Shown here: positions 1-10,361 of the stretch, in pieces
Layout of the letters: each line of letters begins with the position of its first letter
Numbering within the stretch: position 1 is the first letter of the stretch
Assembly: GCA_965213685.1 (NCBI GenBank)
Contig: CBDBZY010000014.1
Span: forward strand, 1-64,000
Direction of reading: 5' to 3'
Origin: a bacterium
GTDB lineage: Bacteria; UBA8248
Length of the DNA: 64,000 nucleotides
Program-made: the position numbers and the translations under genes
The notes under the pieces: model-generated
The model's input: only the letters and a program-made list of their open reading frames with translations
The model's database searches: none
What the model was told of the DNA's origin: nothing

Positions 1-92
1 TGAAGTCGCCAGTCTACACGGAAAATACGGCCAAGGAAAACATCGCGCGCGCGGCATCGTCTCATCCGCACGACGCGCATGTCGCGCGACGG

Positions 93-1019
93 CTATGCGG
101 GCGGCTCGCCCACCTGCTGCCCGGACCACTCCTCGAACATTTGCAGCAATTCCGTCTGGTCCGAATCCGGCCCGAATTTTTGGACGCCCAGGCCGTATAT
201 CTGCCGCGCATGGTTCAGGTAGAACGCCGTCACCCCCGTTTTCCCGCGCCAGATCGCTTCCCATGGAGAGGTCCTTGTGCATCAACCCTGTGGAAAACCC
301 GCACGTGAAGTCCCGCGGCAGGAGAAAGCGGGGCCATTTGTCTTTCGTGGCGCTGTTCATGCCCGAGCCGCCGTTGAAAACCTGAAGCGCTTTTCCGGGG
401 TCGAGACCGAGTTTCGACGCCAGCACCATGGCCTCCATCGAGGCGAGCAGGCTCGTGGCGGAGAGAAAGTTGTTCACGCACTTCATCGCATGGCCCGATT
501 CGGGCGCCTCGTCGATGTGGACGATGGTCTGCCCCAACGTTTCCAGAATGGGCATCGCGGCGTCCACAACCTCCTTGGGGCCGCCCGGCATGATGGCCAG
601 GGTGGCGGCCTCCGCGCCCACGACGCCTCCCGAGACGGGCGCCCCGATGAGACGCAGCCCCCTCTCCTCCACCCCGCGCCGCCAAAGCGCTCGTTCGCGT
701 GGGGTAGGAAGAACTCATGTCGATGATCAGTTTCCCCTTGCCGAGATGCGTCGATATCCCATCCGGCCCCATCCACTACCGCGTCCACGACGTCGCTGTT
801 CGGCAGCATCGTGATGACGACGTCGGCGCGTCTCGCCAGATCGGCCAGACCCGCGGCCTCCTGCACGCCCTCGCCCGCCAGCGCCCTTACGTTCTCCGGC
901 CTCACGTCATAGGCCACCACCGCGTAGTCGCCATGCCGCAGGTTCTTCGACATGGGCGTTCCCATTTTTCCGATTCCGACAAAACCGATAGTCACGCCGC
1001 CTGGCCTCAGGGTTTCCAT
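93..1019 (-). CDS. 3-hydroxyisobutyrate dehydrogenase family NAD(P)-dependent oxidoreductase (frameshifted, probably by sequencing indels)
   Basis: N-terminal IGFVGIGKMGTPM Rossmann motif and ADVVITMLP (ORF 483..1019); KLIIDMSSSYP in ORF 230..772; further frames give the C-terminus (LARENGVTAFYL...EEWSG) ending at TAG 93-95. Confidence 0.85.
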
Positions 1020-1209
1020 AGTCTCCTCGCTATCCGGATAAGAGGCGCCCCGTCAGGGGCACTCGTAGTAGCCGGGATGTTTTTGATTCGCCCGAAGGTT
1101 TTTGTCAATCCCCGAGCGGGATGATACGCTCATCCGCGCGTTTGAGGCTTTTCCCGTTCCCGTCCAACCGCCCTCCCGGAAATCACACATCGCCCGAGGA
1201 GAGTCTGAA

Positions 1210-1935
1210 ATGGCGCCGATTTCGGCGGATGACGTCGTATCCTATCTCGAGAACAACCCCGGCTTTTTCATAGAGCACCCCCGACTCGCTTCGCCAAAGC
1301 GGCCTGATGACGCAGGACAGCGCGTCGGCCAGGGTACTCAACTTGCGGGACAAGCTTTTCGACCCGACTGAAAGGCGAAAGAGAGGATTTGATACGGCTT
1401 CTCGATGAAACGATAGAACTCGTTCGCCAAAACGAGCAAATCGAAAAAGATTTCATCGCCATCGAGCGACTTTTGTTGAACGGGCTCCCTCGTTGGCGAG
1501 TCTCACGGAAATCGCCCAAAACATCGAATCGCGCTTCGGAATCGCATATGCGGGATTCCTGCTCCTCGAGCCCCCTCCATGGCATCCCCGTCATCGCGGC
1601 GAAGCCGGAGGAGTCATCCCGCATTCGCTCGCTCGGCAGAAGGGAGGAAGAGCTCGTTCCCATGGAAGGAGGCGTCGCGCTCCAGAGCAAGCTGGAAGAG
1701 GGCGGGGGGCCGCTTTTCCCGGACGCACTGGCCTGCGCCATCCAATCGACCGCCATCGTCCCCCTGGAGACGCACGAGAAAACGCTCGGCTTTCTCATCC
1801 TGGGGGCAGAAGACCCCGAGCGATACCGGGAGGGAATGGCGACCCCACCTTCTCAAGCGTCTCGCGATGCGTCTGGCGCTGGGAATTTCCATCTTCCAGC
1901 GCTTCCATCAGGAGGCGGTCGGGAAAACCTCCTGA
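1210..1935 (+). CDS. DUF484 family protein (multiple frameshifts)
   Basis: GAGGAG RBS then MAPISADDVVSYLENNPGFFIEHP; later frames give STAIVPL...GFLILGAEDPERYREGMAT..LLKRL, typical of DUF484/YigA. Confidence 0.7.
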
Positions 1936-2002
1936 GGGAAGGGCGGGGCCCGCGCGCGCGGCCATGTGCGCCCCCGGCGTCCGGCACAAACGCCAAAAAC
2001 CG

Positions 2003-3400
2003 TCAGACGGCAACGCGCTGTGCCCCGGAGACGAGCTCCATCACCTCACGGATGCTTCCCAGATTCTCCAGACTCCGCACCCGCTTCCCGCTGATGAGCA
2101 GCTCCCGCGTCTCCCGCTCGAGGACCGGGGCCGTCATCACGTGAAACCGATCTATCAACTCATCCCACGTCAAGGGATTTCGCGGATCCCCTTTCGGATG
2201 GTCCTGGTGCGCTTCAAAAACGCCGCGCCCGGTCTCGATCCGGACGTGGGCCTGCCATTTGTCCGGAAATTCCTTCTCCATCCCGGCGTCGCCATAGCAT
2301 TCGACCCTCTCGATGATGGAGGAGTGCACCCGGGAGCGGAGAAAATCGTCGGCGTATTCATCCAGCCCCGCCGCGCGCCTGAGAATCGCCACCGCCACGG
2401 CATACGGGAGGCTGAACTGCGCATCCACGATGTTTTGCGGGTTCGCCTTCAGGTCATGGGGCTCGATGACCACCATCACGCTGGTCTCGGGAACCCGAAC
2501 CTCCACCCGCGCAACCTCTTCGGGCCGAATGTCGTGCGCCCTGCAAACCTCGATGGTCGCGTCAATCGACGCATGGTTATACCGGCAGCACGCATAGGGC
2601 TTTATCGCGCTCTCGCAGATTTCCCAATACTCGCCAAAGCGCTCCACCACATACTCCGGCGTAGGGTCGTCGCTGTGCCCACGCAAAAACCCCGCATTCC
2701 CGCCCAGAATATCCTCCGGCCCCGTATAGCCCTCCTGGGCCAGATAGGCGGCCATGATGCCGCTGTGCGCCGCCCAGCCGGGGTGAAATCTTTTCGTCCA
2801 GGCGCCGTTGTCGAGATACTGCATCGAACCCGCCGCCTGGCTGCCGGCGATGCCCATCGCATTCGCGGTGGCCTCGAGCGACAACCCCAGGAGTTTCGAC
2901 GCCGTGATGGAGGCGGCAAACGCACCGCACGTGCCCGTGGGGTGGAACCCGCGCGCGTAGTGGCTCGTCGGGTTGACGGCGTTGCCTATGCGATTGGTCA
3001 CCTCGTATCCCGCCACGATGGCGGCGATCGCCCGCCTCGGATCGGGGCTGTGCGCCTCGGCGACCGCCAACGTGCTGGGCATGACGCTGACGGCGGGATG
3101 CAGGCTGGAGCGCGTCGTCACATCGTCCATTTCCGTGGCGTGACTCACGCCGCCGTTCACCAGCGCGGCATGGGGGGCGTCCGTCCTCAAATCCGAACCG
3201 ACGATGGTGCATGGCCCCCCCTGCGGAGCGCGCTTTCTCGCAAAGTTATGAAACACGCGGGAGCTCGCCGCCTCGACCGCTCGCAACGTAACGCCCAGGT
3301 GATCGAGCAGGAAATACTTTGCGCGCTCTCGCGCCTCCTCCGGCAGGGAGTCATACGCAATGGCGTGAACGTGCTCCACGAGCATTCGGCTGATGTTCAT
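2003..3400 (-). CDS. MmgE/PrpD family protein (paralog 1)
   Basis: HATEMDD..LHP, RGFHPTGTCG, TKRFHPG, IKPYACC, AQFSLPY motifs; GAGG RBS before ATG at 3400. Confidence 0.9.
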   Translation of the reverse strand: MNISRMLVEHVHAIAYDSLPEEARERAKYFLLDHLGVTLRAVEAASSRVFHNFARKRAPQGGPCTIVGSDLRTDAPHAALVNGGVSHATEMDDVTTRSSLHPAVSVMPSTLAVAEAHSPDPRRAIAAIVAGYEVTNRIGNAVNPTSHYARGFHPTGTCGAFAASITASKLLGLSLEATANAMGIAGSQAAGSMQYLDNGAWTKRFHPGWAAHSGIMAAYLAQEGYTGPEDILGGNAGFLRGHSDDPTPEYVVERFGEYWEICESAIKPYACCRYNHASIDATIEVCRAHDIRPEEVARVEVRVPETSVMVVIEPHDLKANPQNIVDAQFSLPYAVAVAILRRAAGLDEYADDFLRSRVHSSIIERVECYGDAGMEKEFPDKWQAHVRIETGRGVFEAHQDHPKGDPRNPLTWDELIDRFHVMTAPVLERETRELLISGKRVRSLENLGSIREVMELVSGAQRVAV

Positions 3401-3643
3401 CCGCGTTTCTCCTCGCTGAAAGTCCATCTCCGGTTTCGGGGCGCAACCAGGAAGAAAGTCGCGCGAGGCGCCTCCCCTCCCCGCATACGCGCATACGGCA
3501 GAATTCGCATACATTTCGCGCCGACGCAAGGGCGTCGCGGGACACCGCCCGCGCGCGCAGGGGCGCGCCTTTGTTGTCAGGACAGGCCGCTTGCAGGTAG
3601 AATCACTGGCCATCTCTCTATATCATCACATTGCGGAGAAAGC

Positions 3644-3988
3644 ATGAAATCCTGCGTTTTTTGCAAAATCGTGGCGGGCGACATCCCCTGCAAGAAAATC
3701 TATGAAGATGACGCCTTGCTCGCATTCGAGGACGCGCATCCGGCGGCGCCCGCGCACATTCTCATCATCCCGAAAAGACACATGGAAACGCTCCTCGAGA
3801 TAGAGGAGGCGGACAGGGAGCTGATCGGCTCGATATTCGTTGCGGCGAACAAAATCGCCCGCCAGGAGGGGATGGCGCAGGAGGGTTTCCGGATCGTCGC
3901 GAATTGCGGAGAAAACGGCGGTCAGACCGTCTCCCACATTCACTACCACCTGCTCGGCGGGCGCCGGATGGAATGGCCTCCCGGCTGA
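3644..3988 (+). CDS. hinT: Histidine triad (HIT) nucleotide-binding protein
   Basis: CVFCKI...GQTVSHIHYHLLGGRRMEWPPG; 3' part of ORF 1493..3988; GGAG RBS. Confidence 0.93.
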   Translation: MKSCVFCKIVAGDIPCKKIYEDDALLAFEDAHPAAPAHILIIPKRHMETLLEIEEADRELIGSIFVAANKIARQEGMAQEGFRIVANCGENGGQTVSHIHYHLLGGRRMEWPPG

Positions 3989-4134
3989 AAAGGGCGTCCG
4001 GTGAGCGGAATCGTCTGCCGCAACGACGCGGCCGGGAATCGCGCCAGCAGACCGCGCGACAGCCAAAACCCGCGCCGGACGGGAACGCCGCGAGAGAGCG
4101 CGCGACGCCGCAGGGCGCCCGCCTTACAAAAAAC

Positions 4135-4758
4135 CTACATCATCCGGAACCGCCGCTCCATGGCGCGGCTCCATTTGCTGTCATGCCCATCGTCAAACAA
4201 AATATCCGGATCCGCAGGCGCCGCATACCAGTCTCCCCGCCGCATCTCGCGCTCCAGCTGCCCGGCACCCCAGCCGGAATAGCCCACCACGAAAACGCTT
4301 TTCCGGGGCCGCCTACCCCGGGCGATGGCCTCGAGCACCACGTCCACCGGGCTGATCGCCACGCCTTCTTCCATCTCGTAGACGGTGTCCAGTTTGTGCT
4401 CCGTCGTATGGATCACAAAACCGGAGTGGGGCGCTACCGGCCCGCCATAGTGAATGTCCACCGCGCCCGCATCTCGGGGCGCTTCGAGATGAAAGCGCCT
4501 GTAGAGCGCGGAGAGCGGCATCCGCCGCGCGACGTGATTCAGTATCAGCCCCAAGGCCCCCTTTTCGCCGTGCTTCACGAGAAGGATGACGCTCTGGCGA
4601 AACCGGTAGTCCGGCATTCCTGGGCGCGCGACCAGCAGCCTGCCCCTCTGGGAGCCGAAGAGCGAGAAATACGCCCCCTCCGGATTCCCGCCCTGGCCCC
4701 GGGCGAGCGCCGGTGCGCAGAGAGACAGCAGGATCAGCATCACGAACGCGCGTTTCAT
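4135..4758 (-). CDS. YqgE/AlgH family protein with a signal-peptide-like N-terminus
   Basis: GRLLVA.P...F.QSVILL..H...GALGLILN, YGGPV, GYSGWGAGQLEREM. Confidence 0.88.
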   Translation of the reverse strand: MKRAFVMLILLSLCAPALARGQGGNPEGAYFSLFGSQRGRLLVARPGMPDYRFRQSVILLVKHGEKGALGLILNHVARRMPLSALYRRFHLEAPRDAGAVDIHYGGPVAPHSGFVIHTTEHKLDTVYEMEEGVAISPVDVVLEAIARGRRPRKSVFVVGYSGWGAGQLEREMRRGDWYAAPADPDILFDDGHDSKWSRAMERRFRMM

Positions 4759-4759
4759 T

Positions 4760-5821
4760 CTAAGCCACCCAGCCGCCGCCATGGAGCACGTCGCCAGAGT
4801 AGAAAACGGCGGCCTGGCCCGGGGCCACCGCGCCCAGGAGCGCAGGGTGCTCCGGCCTGACCTCGACGGTTCCGTCATCGTTCGGCGCCACGGCGCAGGC
4901 GGCCGCGCGGCCGCGGTGCCTCACCTGCACCTCCAGGGGGGCGGCCCCCGGAGGAATCGACCAGCGCACGTCCCGGACGGAGAAGGCCTCGCGCGCCAGG
5001 GCTTCGCGCCCGCCCACCACGACGGTGGCCGAGTCCGGCTCGAGTGCCACCACATAGCGCGGCGGGCCGCCCCCCAGGCGGAGACCCCGCCTTTGTCCCA
5101 CCGTGAAGTGGGCCACCCCGCCATGTCTGCCCAGCACGTTTCCGCCCAAATCCACAATGTCTCCCGGCCTGTCGACCCCGGGCTTCTCCCCTCTCAGGAA
5201 AGCGCGGTAATCGCCATCGGGCACGAAACAAATCTCCTGGCTCTCGGGTTTCTCCGCCGTGGCGAGGCCCAGGCCCCTGGCGTACTCCCTCGTTTGCGCC
5301 TTGGTGAAATCGCCCAGGGGAAACATCGCGTGGGCGAGCTGCTCCTGCGTCATGCCGAACAGGAAATAGGTCTGGTCCTTCTCCTTGTCGCGGCTTCTCG
5401 CAAGGCTCTGGCGGCCATCTACCTCCACCCGCCTGGCATAATGGCCGGTGGCGAGCAGCCCCGCGCCAAACCCCCTGGCGCGCGCGGCGAGATAGTCGAA
5501 TTTCACCGCCTGGTTGCACGCCACGCAGGGCACGGGGGTTCTGCCGCTTTCATACTCGGAGATGAAATTCTCGATCACGCTCTCGCGAAAGGATTCGCGC
5601 ACGTCCATCACGTAGAAGGGAATGTCGAGCTGGGCCGCCACCGCGCGCGCGTCGGCCAAGTCGCGCGGGGCGCAACAACCACGGGGGAACGACTCCCGCG
5701 CCGGCCTGTCCGCAAGCCGCAGCCCCACGCCGATGGTCTCGTAGCCCCTCTCCACCAAAAGGGCGGCGGCCACCGAACTGTCCACGCCGCCGCTCATCGC
5801 CGCCACCACGCGCCGCGCCAT
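4760..5821 (-). CDS. mnmA: tRNA 2-thiouridine(34) synthase MnmA
   Basis: AMSGGVDSS, PCVACN, ATGHYA, KDQTYFL, KPESQEICF, FTVGQRRG, APGQAAVFY. Confidence 0.96.
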   Translation of the reverse strand: MARRVVAAMSGGVDSSVAAALLVERGYETIGVGLRLADRPARESFPRGCCAPRDLADARAVAAQLDIPFYVMDVRESFRESVIENFISEYESGRTPVPCVACNQAVKFDYLAARARGFGAGLLATGHYARRVEVDGRQSLARSRDKEKDQTYFLFGMTQEQLAHAMFPLGDFTKAQTREYARGLGLATAEKPESQEICFVPDGDYRAFLRGEKPGVDRPGDIVDLGGNVLGRHGGVAHFTVGQRRGLRLGGGPPRYVVALEPDSATVVVGGREALAREAFSVRDVRWSIPPGAAPLEVQVRHRGRAAACAVAPNDDGTVEVRPEHPALLGAVAPGQAAVFYSGDVLHGGGWVA

Positions 5822-5995
5822 CGCCACCTCCAGAGGAGTCGCGTCTCCGGTCGGTGCCCGTTATACACCACCCGCCCGTTGCGGGGGCAAGGCCTGGGCA
5901 GTCATCCAAAACGCAAGCGAGAGGAGGGCGCCTTCCGCCGGACAGGGGCCCAGCATCTCCCAGATGCGGGGAGCCGCGCAATCCCCTCCCCCCCT

Positions 5996-7369
5996 TCAAG
6001 GGGCGAGGAGGGCGGTGAGGCGAGACAGCTCGGGGACCTCGTTCAGGCCCCGCCAGGCGTCCCAGGCGGTGCGGGCCCGCTCCTCGGGCAGCCCGGCGCA
6101 TTCCAGGAATTTTTCCCGGAGTTCGGACTCGGCGAGGGGGTTTTCGATGTGGCCGCGCGCCCGCGCGAACGAGCGGCTGAGCTCGCGGCCATCCCGCAGG
6201 CGGAGCCAGACCTCGGTCTTTTCCGCTTCGGGGTCCTCGCGCGCCAGATTCTCGTCCAGATCGAACGCCACGCGCTTTTGCAGGGCGGCGACCTCGGGGC
6301 GGGCGACGCTCTCCTCCGCAAACTGGCGAATCCCCACCTTGCGGTCCACCAGGGCGGAGGCGAGGCAGAAGGGCATCGAGAATTTTCCCTCCAGCCCGGT
6401 GGCCGCCTCCTTGTAGCGCAGTACCTTGAGCGTCATGGTGGATGCGCGCGCTCCCAGGGCGACCACGTCCTCGGCGCCGATGTCCTCGCCCGTCACCAGA
6501 TCCAGCATGGCGTCTATGCCCGGATGCGTCAGCGCGCAGCAGGGGTGGATTTTCACGCAAACGCCTCCCTCGATCTCCCATGGCGCCCCCCAGGGGCGGA
6601 TGGCGCCCTCCCAGTCCGCAAATTCATGGACTCCGGGTCCCATCCCCTCGGCCGCCATGGCCGCCGTGAAGCCCGTCTCCAGGGTGTTGTCCGCCGCGGT
6701 GAAGCCGCCCTCGGCCAGCCGCGCGGCGACGAGCCCCGCGCGCGCGGCCTGCCCTGCGTGAAACGGCTTCGCCATCGTGCCGAAATTCGAGACCAGTCCC
6801 GCCGCACCGCTCGCCCCCAGTCCCAGGGCGCTTCGCGTCCGCTCCGCATCGAGCCCGAGCAGGCGCGCGCAGGCGCCCGCGACGCCGACCGCGCCGAGCG
6901 TGGCCGTGGCGTGAAACCCCCGGCGGTAGTGCTGCGGATTCAGGGCGCGGCCCAGGACGCGCAGAAGCTCGAAGCCTACCGCATAGGCCTCGAGAACCAC
7001 GGCGCCGGCAAGGCCCCGCTCCTCCGCCAGCCCGATGAGCGCGGGCGCCAGGGTGACGCTCGGGTGGCCGAGCATGACGAAATCCACATCGTCAAAATCG
7101 AGCGCGTGGCCCGCCGTGCCGTTCACGAAGGCGGCCCAGGAGGCGCTCGTCCGCGCAGTCTCGCCGATGAGGCGGGCGGCGGGCGCCCCGCCCTCCGAGG
7201 CCGCCAGGCGACGGGCCAGCCGGGCGCACTCCTCGTTCCGGCCCGCCAGAATCACGCCCAGCGTATCCAGCACGGCGTTTCGCGCCTGCGCGCGGGCGGG
7301 CGCGCCAATGTCGGAGGGGCGAGCCTCCGCGATTCTCCCCGCCAACTCGCGGGTGGCCGGATAGGTCAT
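5996..7369 (-). CDS. MmgE/PrpD family protein (paralog 2)
   Basis: GHALDFDD..GHPS, RGFHATATLG, AKPFHAG, KIHPCC, GKFSMPF. Confidence 0.9.
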   Translation of the reverse strand: MTYPATRELAGRIAEARPSDIGAPARAQARNAVLDTLGVILAGRNEECARLARRLAASEGGAPAARLIGETARTSASWAAFVNGTAGHALDFDDVDFVMLGHPSVTLAPALIGLAEERGLAGAVVLEAYAVGFELLRVLGRALNPQHYRRGFHATATLGAVGVAGACARLLGLDAERTRSALGLGASGAAGLVSNFGTMAKPFHAGQAARAGLVAARLAEGGFTAADNTLETGFTAAMAAEGMGPGVHEFADWEGAIRPWGAPWEIEGGVCVKIHPCCALTHPGIDAMLDLVTGEDIGAEDVVALGARASTMTLKVLRYKEAATGLEGKFSMPFCLASALVDRKVGIRQFAEESVARPEVAALQKRVAFDLDENLAREDPEAEKTEVWLRLRDGRELSRSFARARGHIENPLAESELREKFLECAGLPEERARTAWDAWRGLNEVPELSRLTALLAP

Positions 7370-7531
7370 CGGATCAGATACCCCTCTGCGCCGCGGCGCT
7401 CTCCTCCACCACGGGCACCACGGGCGCGCCCAAGCGAGCGAAACCCGGCGCGGCGCGGGCGGGAGCAGACTTCCGGCGACCCGTCCACAGCGCCTCCCAT
7501 CCGCCAAAGGGCGCCCGCATCCTGTCCCGCA

Positions 7532-9181
7532 TCAGATGCCGCGCGGGCGATCGGGGGCCGCTTCTCCCTTGCGGTCTTTGCCCGCGGGCGCCCGCATGTT
7601 CTCGGTGAGCTTGAACTTGTTCACGGCGCTCACGAAGGCCTTGGCGGCCGCCTCGACGGTGTCGGGGCTCGTGCTGTGGCCGGCTATCTGCAAGTCGCCC
7701 TCGAACTCGACCATCATGTTCACCTCGGCGAGCGCGTCGCGGCCGCGGGTGACGGCGTTCACCGAAAAATCCGCCAGACGGCATTCGAGGCCCACCACCC
7801 GGCAAATGGCGTTGATGGCCGCGTCCACGGGGCCGCCCCCCTGGCTCACGTCGGAGTGCATCTCCTCCCCCTCCTTGATCTTCACGGTGGCCGTGGCGGC
7901 CGGGTGCGTGCCGGTGGAGGAGGTGACCTGCAGGAATTCGAGCTGGTAGTAGTTCTCGCCGCCCTCCGCGCGGTTCTGCTGCAGGAGGGCCATCAAGTCC
8001 TCGTCGTAGACCTCCTTTTTCTTGTCGGCCAGGTCGATGAAGCGCGGGTAGATGCTCGTGATGTCCTCGCGCGTCATCCGGAAGCCGAGCTGCTCGTAGC
8101 GCTTGCGCAGGCCCGCGCGGCCCGAGTGCTTGCCGAGCACGAGCGTGTTCGAGGGCCTGCCCACGGACTTGGGCGTCATGATCTCGTAGGTGATCGCCTT
8201 GGAGATCACCCCGTGCTGGTGGATGCCGGCCTCGTGGGCGAAGGCGTTCTTGCCCACCACGGCCTTGTTCGGCTGCACGGGCACGCCCGTCATGGAGGTG
8301 AGGAGCCTGCTCGTGGGGTATATCTCCCGCGTCCGGACGCCCGACTTGTAGCGCAACTCGTCCTGCCTCGTGGCGATCGCCATCACCAGCTCCTCGAGCG
8401 AGGCGTTGCCCGCCCGCTCGCCGATGCCGTTGATGGTGCATTCCACCTGCCGCACGCCGGATTCGATGGCCACGATGCTGTTCGCGACCGCCAGCCCCAA
8501 ATCGTTGTGGCAGTGCGCGCTGAAGACCACCTCGTCATAGACCGGCACCTTCTCGAAAATGTGCTCCCAGAAGCGCCGGAACTCGCTCGGGATGATGTAG
8601 CCCACCGTGTCGGGCAGGTTGATGGTCGTCGCCCCCTCCTCGATGGCGATCTTCACCGTCTCGGCGAGGAAGTCCCAATCCGAGCGCGTGGCGTCCTCCG
8701 CACTCCACTCCACGTCCGCGCACAGATTTCTCGCATGGCGCACCGAGGCGGCAATCTCCTTCAGGAGCGCTGCGCGCGTCATCCGGAGCTTGTGCTTCAG
8801 GTGAATGTCGGAGGTGGCGATGAAGGTGTGGATTCTGGGCTTCTTCGCGTGCCGCACCGCCTCCCAGCAGCGGTCGATGTCCTCGCGGGCCGAACGCGCA
8901 AGGCCGGCGACGGTCGTTTTCTGCAACTCCTTGGCCACGTCGCGCACCGATTCGAACTCATCGTTCGACGCGATGGGAAAGCCGGCTTCGATGACGTCCA
9001 CGCCCAGCTTCTCGAGCTGAATCGCCATCTGCACCTTCTGAAAGCGATCCATGCTGCAGCCGGGCGACTGCTCGCCGTCCCTGAGCGTGGTGTCGAATAT
9101 GCGGATTCTGTTCGAGGCTCTGCGCCTCCTGGATGGTTTCTCTTGGTTTGTCTTCTGGTCTGTCGCGGCTGCTCTCGCCAT
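7532..9181 (-). CDS. leuA: 2-isopropylmalate synthase
   Basis: IFDTTLRDGEQSPG, HCHNDLGLA, NGIGERAGN, FAHEAGIHQHG, LGKHSG, C-terminal G.GPVDA regulatory domain. Confidence 0.96.
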   Translation of the reverse strand: MARAAATDQKTNQEKPSRRRRASNRIRIFDTTLRDGEQSPGCSMDRFQKVQMAIQLEKLGVDVIEAGFPIASNDEFESVRDVAKELQKTTVAGLARSAREDIDRCWEAVRHAKKPRIHTFIATSDIHLKHKLRMTRAALLKEIAASVRHARNLCADVEWSAEDATRSDWDFLAETVKIAIEEGATTINLPDTVGYIIPSEFRRFWEHIFEKVPVYDEVVFSAHCHNDLGLAVANSIVAIESGVRQVECTINGIGERAGNASLEELVMAIATRQDELRYKSGVRTREIYPTSRLLTSMTGVPVQPNKAVVGKNAFAHEAGIHQHGVISKAITYEIMTPKSVGRPSNTLVLGKHSGRAGLRKRYEQLGFRMTREDITSIYPRFIDLADKKKEVYDEDLMALLQQNRAEGGENYYQLEFLQVTSSTGTHPAATATVKIKEGEEMHSDVSQGGGPVDAAINAICRVVGLECRLADFSVNAVTRGRDALAEVNMMVEFEGDLQIAGHSTSPDTVEAAAKAFVSAVNKFKLTENMRAPAGKDRKGEAAPDRPRGI

Positions 9182-9443
9182 GAATGAAGCACTCCCCAGG
9201 AAATTTGCTTTTTTTATGACGTAGGTGCGCCTTGGGGGCCGGAGCCCGCATGGTGGATGGGCGCGCAAGGCGGATGAACGCGCAGGTTTCCTAAGGAGCC
9301 AGCGGCTGGCGGGGCGACTGGAACGCGCCCCAGGACCTCCCGTGATCCTGATGTGTCATCGGAACAAAACCCCTTTTCGCTCCATCGACGGCACCGCCCG
9401 CGGGGAGCCTCACCCGCGCGCGCGGGCTGAAAACAACCCCTCC

Positions 9444-9472
9444 CTTATCGGGCAACCGGGCGCCCGGGTCAA
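9444..9472 (-). promoter_or_regulatory. Putative sigma70 promoter upstream of leuA
   Basis: TTGACC-17 bp-GATAAG on the minus strand; the -10 element is weak. Confidence 0.35.
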
Positions 9473-9540
9473 GCCCTCTTTTTCATTTTTCTTCATCTTC
9501 TTCGGGTTCGGGCGGCGCACCACCGCAGGACTCCCCGCGC

Positions 9541-10305
9541 CTACTGCGCATACTGCCCGCCGTCCACCACCAGGGCCGCACCCGTCATGAAGCTCGAGGC
9601 GTCGCTGGCCAGGAAGAGAATCGCCCCCTTGATCTCCTCGGGCCGGCCGATGCGCCCCATCGGGATGTGGGCCTGGATCATCCTGTCGCCCGCGTCGGAC
9701 TCGAAGAATTTCCGGTTGATGTCGGTCAGGAAATAGCCCGGAGCGAGGGCGTTCACCCGAACGCCCGTTCTCGCCCACTCCAGGGCCAGGGTTTTGGTGA
9801 GCTGCATCACGCCGCCCTTGCTCGCCGCGTAGGCGGCCAGCATCTTCACCCCGACGAGGCCGGCGACGGAGGCCACGTTCACAATCGCCCCGCCCCCGCG
9901 CCCAGCCATGGAGGGGCCCACGGCCTGGCACATCAGAAACGTGCCCCGCAAATTCGTCTCGAGCACCCGGTTCCACCGCTCGAGCGGCAGATCCGCCGCC
10001 CAGCCCTCGCCGCTGACGCCGCTGTTGTTCACCAGAATGTCGATGGCGCCGAGCGCTTCTTCCACCTCGCGCACCCGCGTCGCGGACGGAGTCAGGGCGC
10101 GTCAAGTCGCAGCGAACGGCGTGGGCCGCCCGGCCCAGGGCGCGAATCTCCCCGGCCGCCTCGTCGAGCTTCTCCTTGCGCCTCGCCGCCAGGACGACGT
10201 CGGCCCCCCGCTCCGGCGAGGGCGTGGGCCATCGCGCGGCCGAGGGCCCGTGCCGCCGCCGGTTATCAGCGCTCTCTTTCCGCTCAAATCAAACAGTTGT
10301 GGCAA
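9541..10305 (-). CDS. SDR family oxidoreductase (2-deoxy-D-gluconate 3-dehydrogenase/FabG-like), 5' part frameshifted
   Basis: LFDLSGKRALITGG (ORF 10102..10362) plus IDILVNNSG, YAASKGG, VRVNALAPG, FMTG..LVVDGG (ORF 9541..10074); AAGGAG RBS before TTG. Confidence 0.88.
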
Positions 10306-10361
10306 TTCGCCCTCCTTCTGCGGAGATTCTCCCCATTCGCTCCCGGCGTCCGATTTTCCCA

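Noticed and set aside
1210-1935. DUF484 gene lacking its usual dapF/xerC neighbours
   Set aside because: Loss of synteny is common and not informative alone
4781-9187. 1468-aa plus-strand ORF, and similar long ORFs at 1493-3643, 11221-13062, 15215-17437, 17005-19128, 24066-26069 and 53567-56308
   Set aside because: Antisense shadows of well-supported genes; stop-codon scarcity in high-GC DNA; Arg/Gly/His/Pro-rich translations with no motifs
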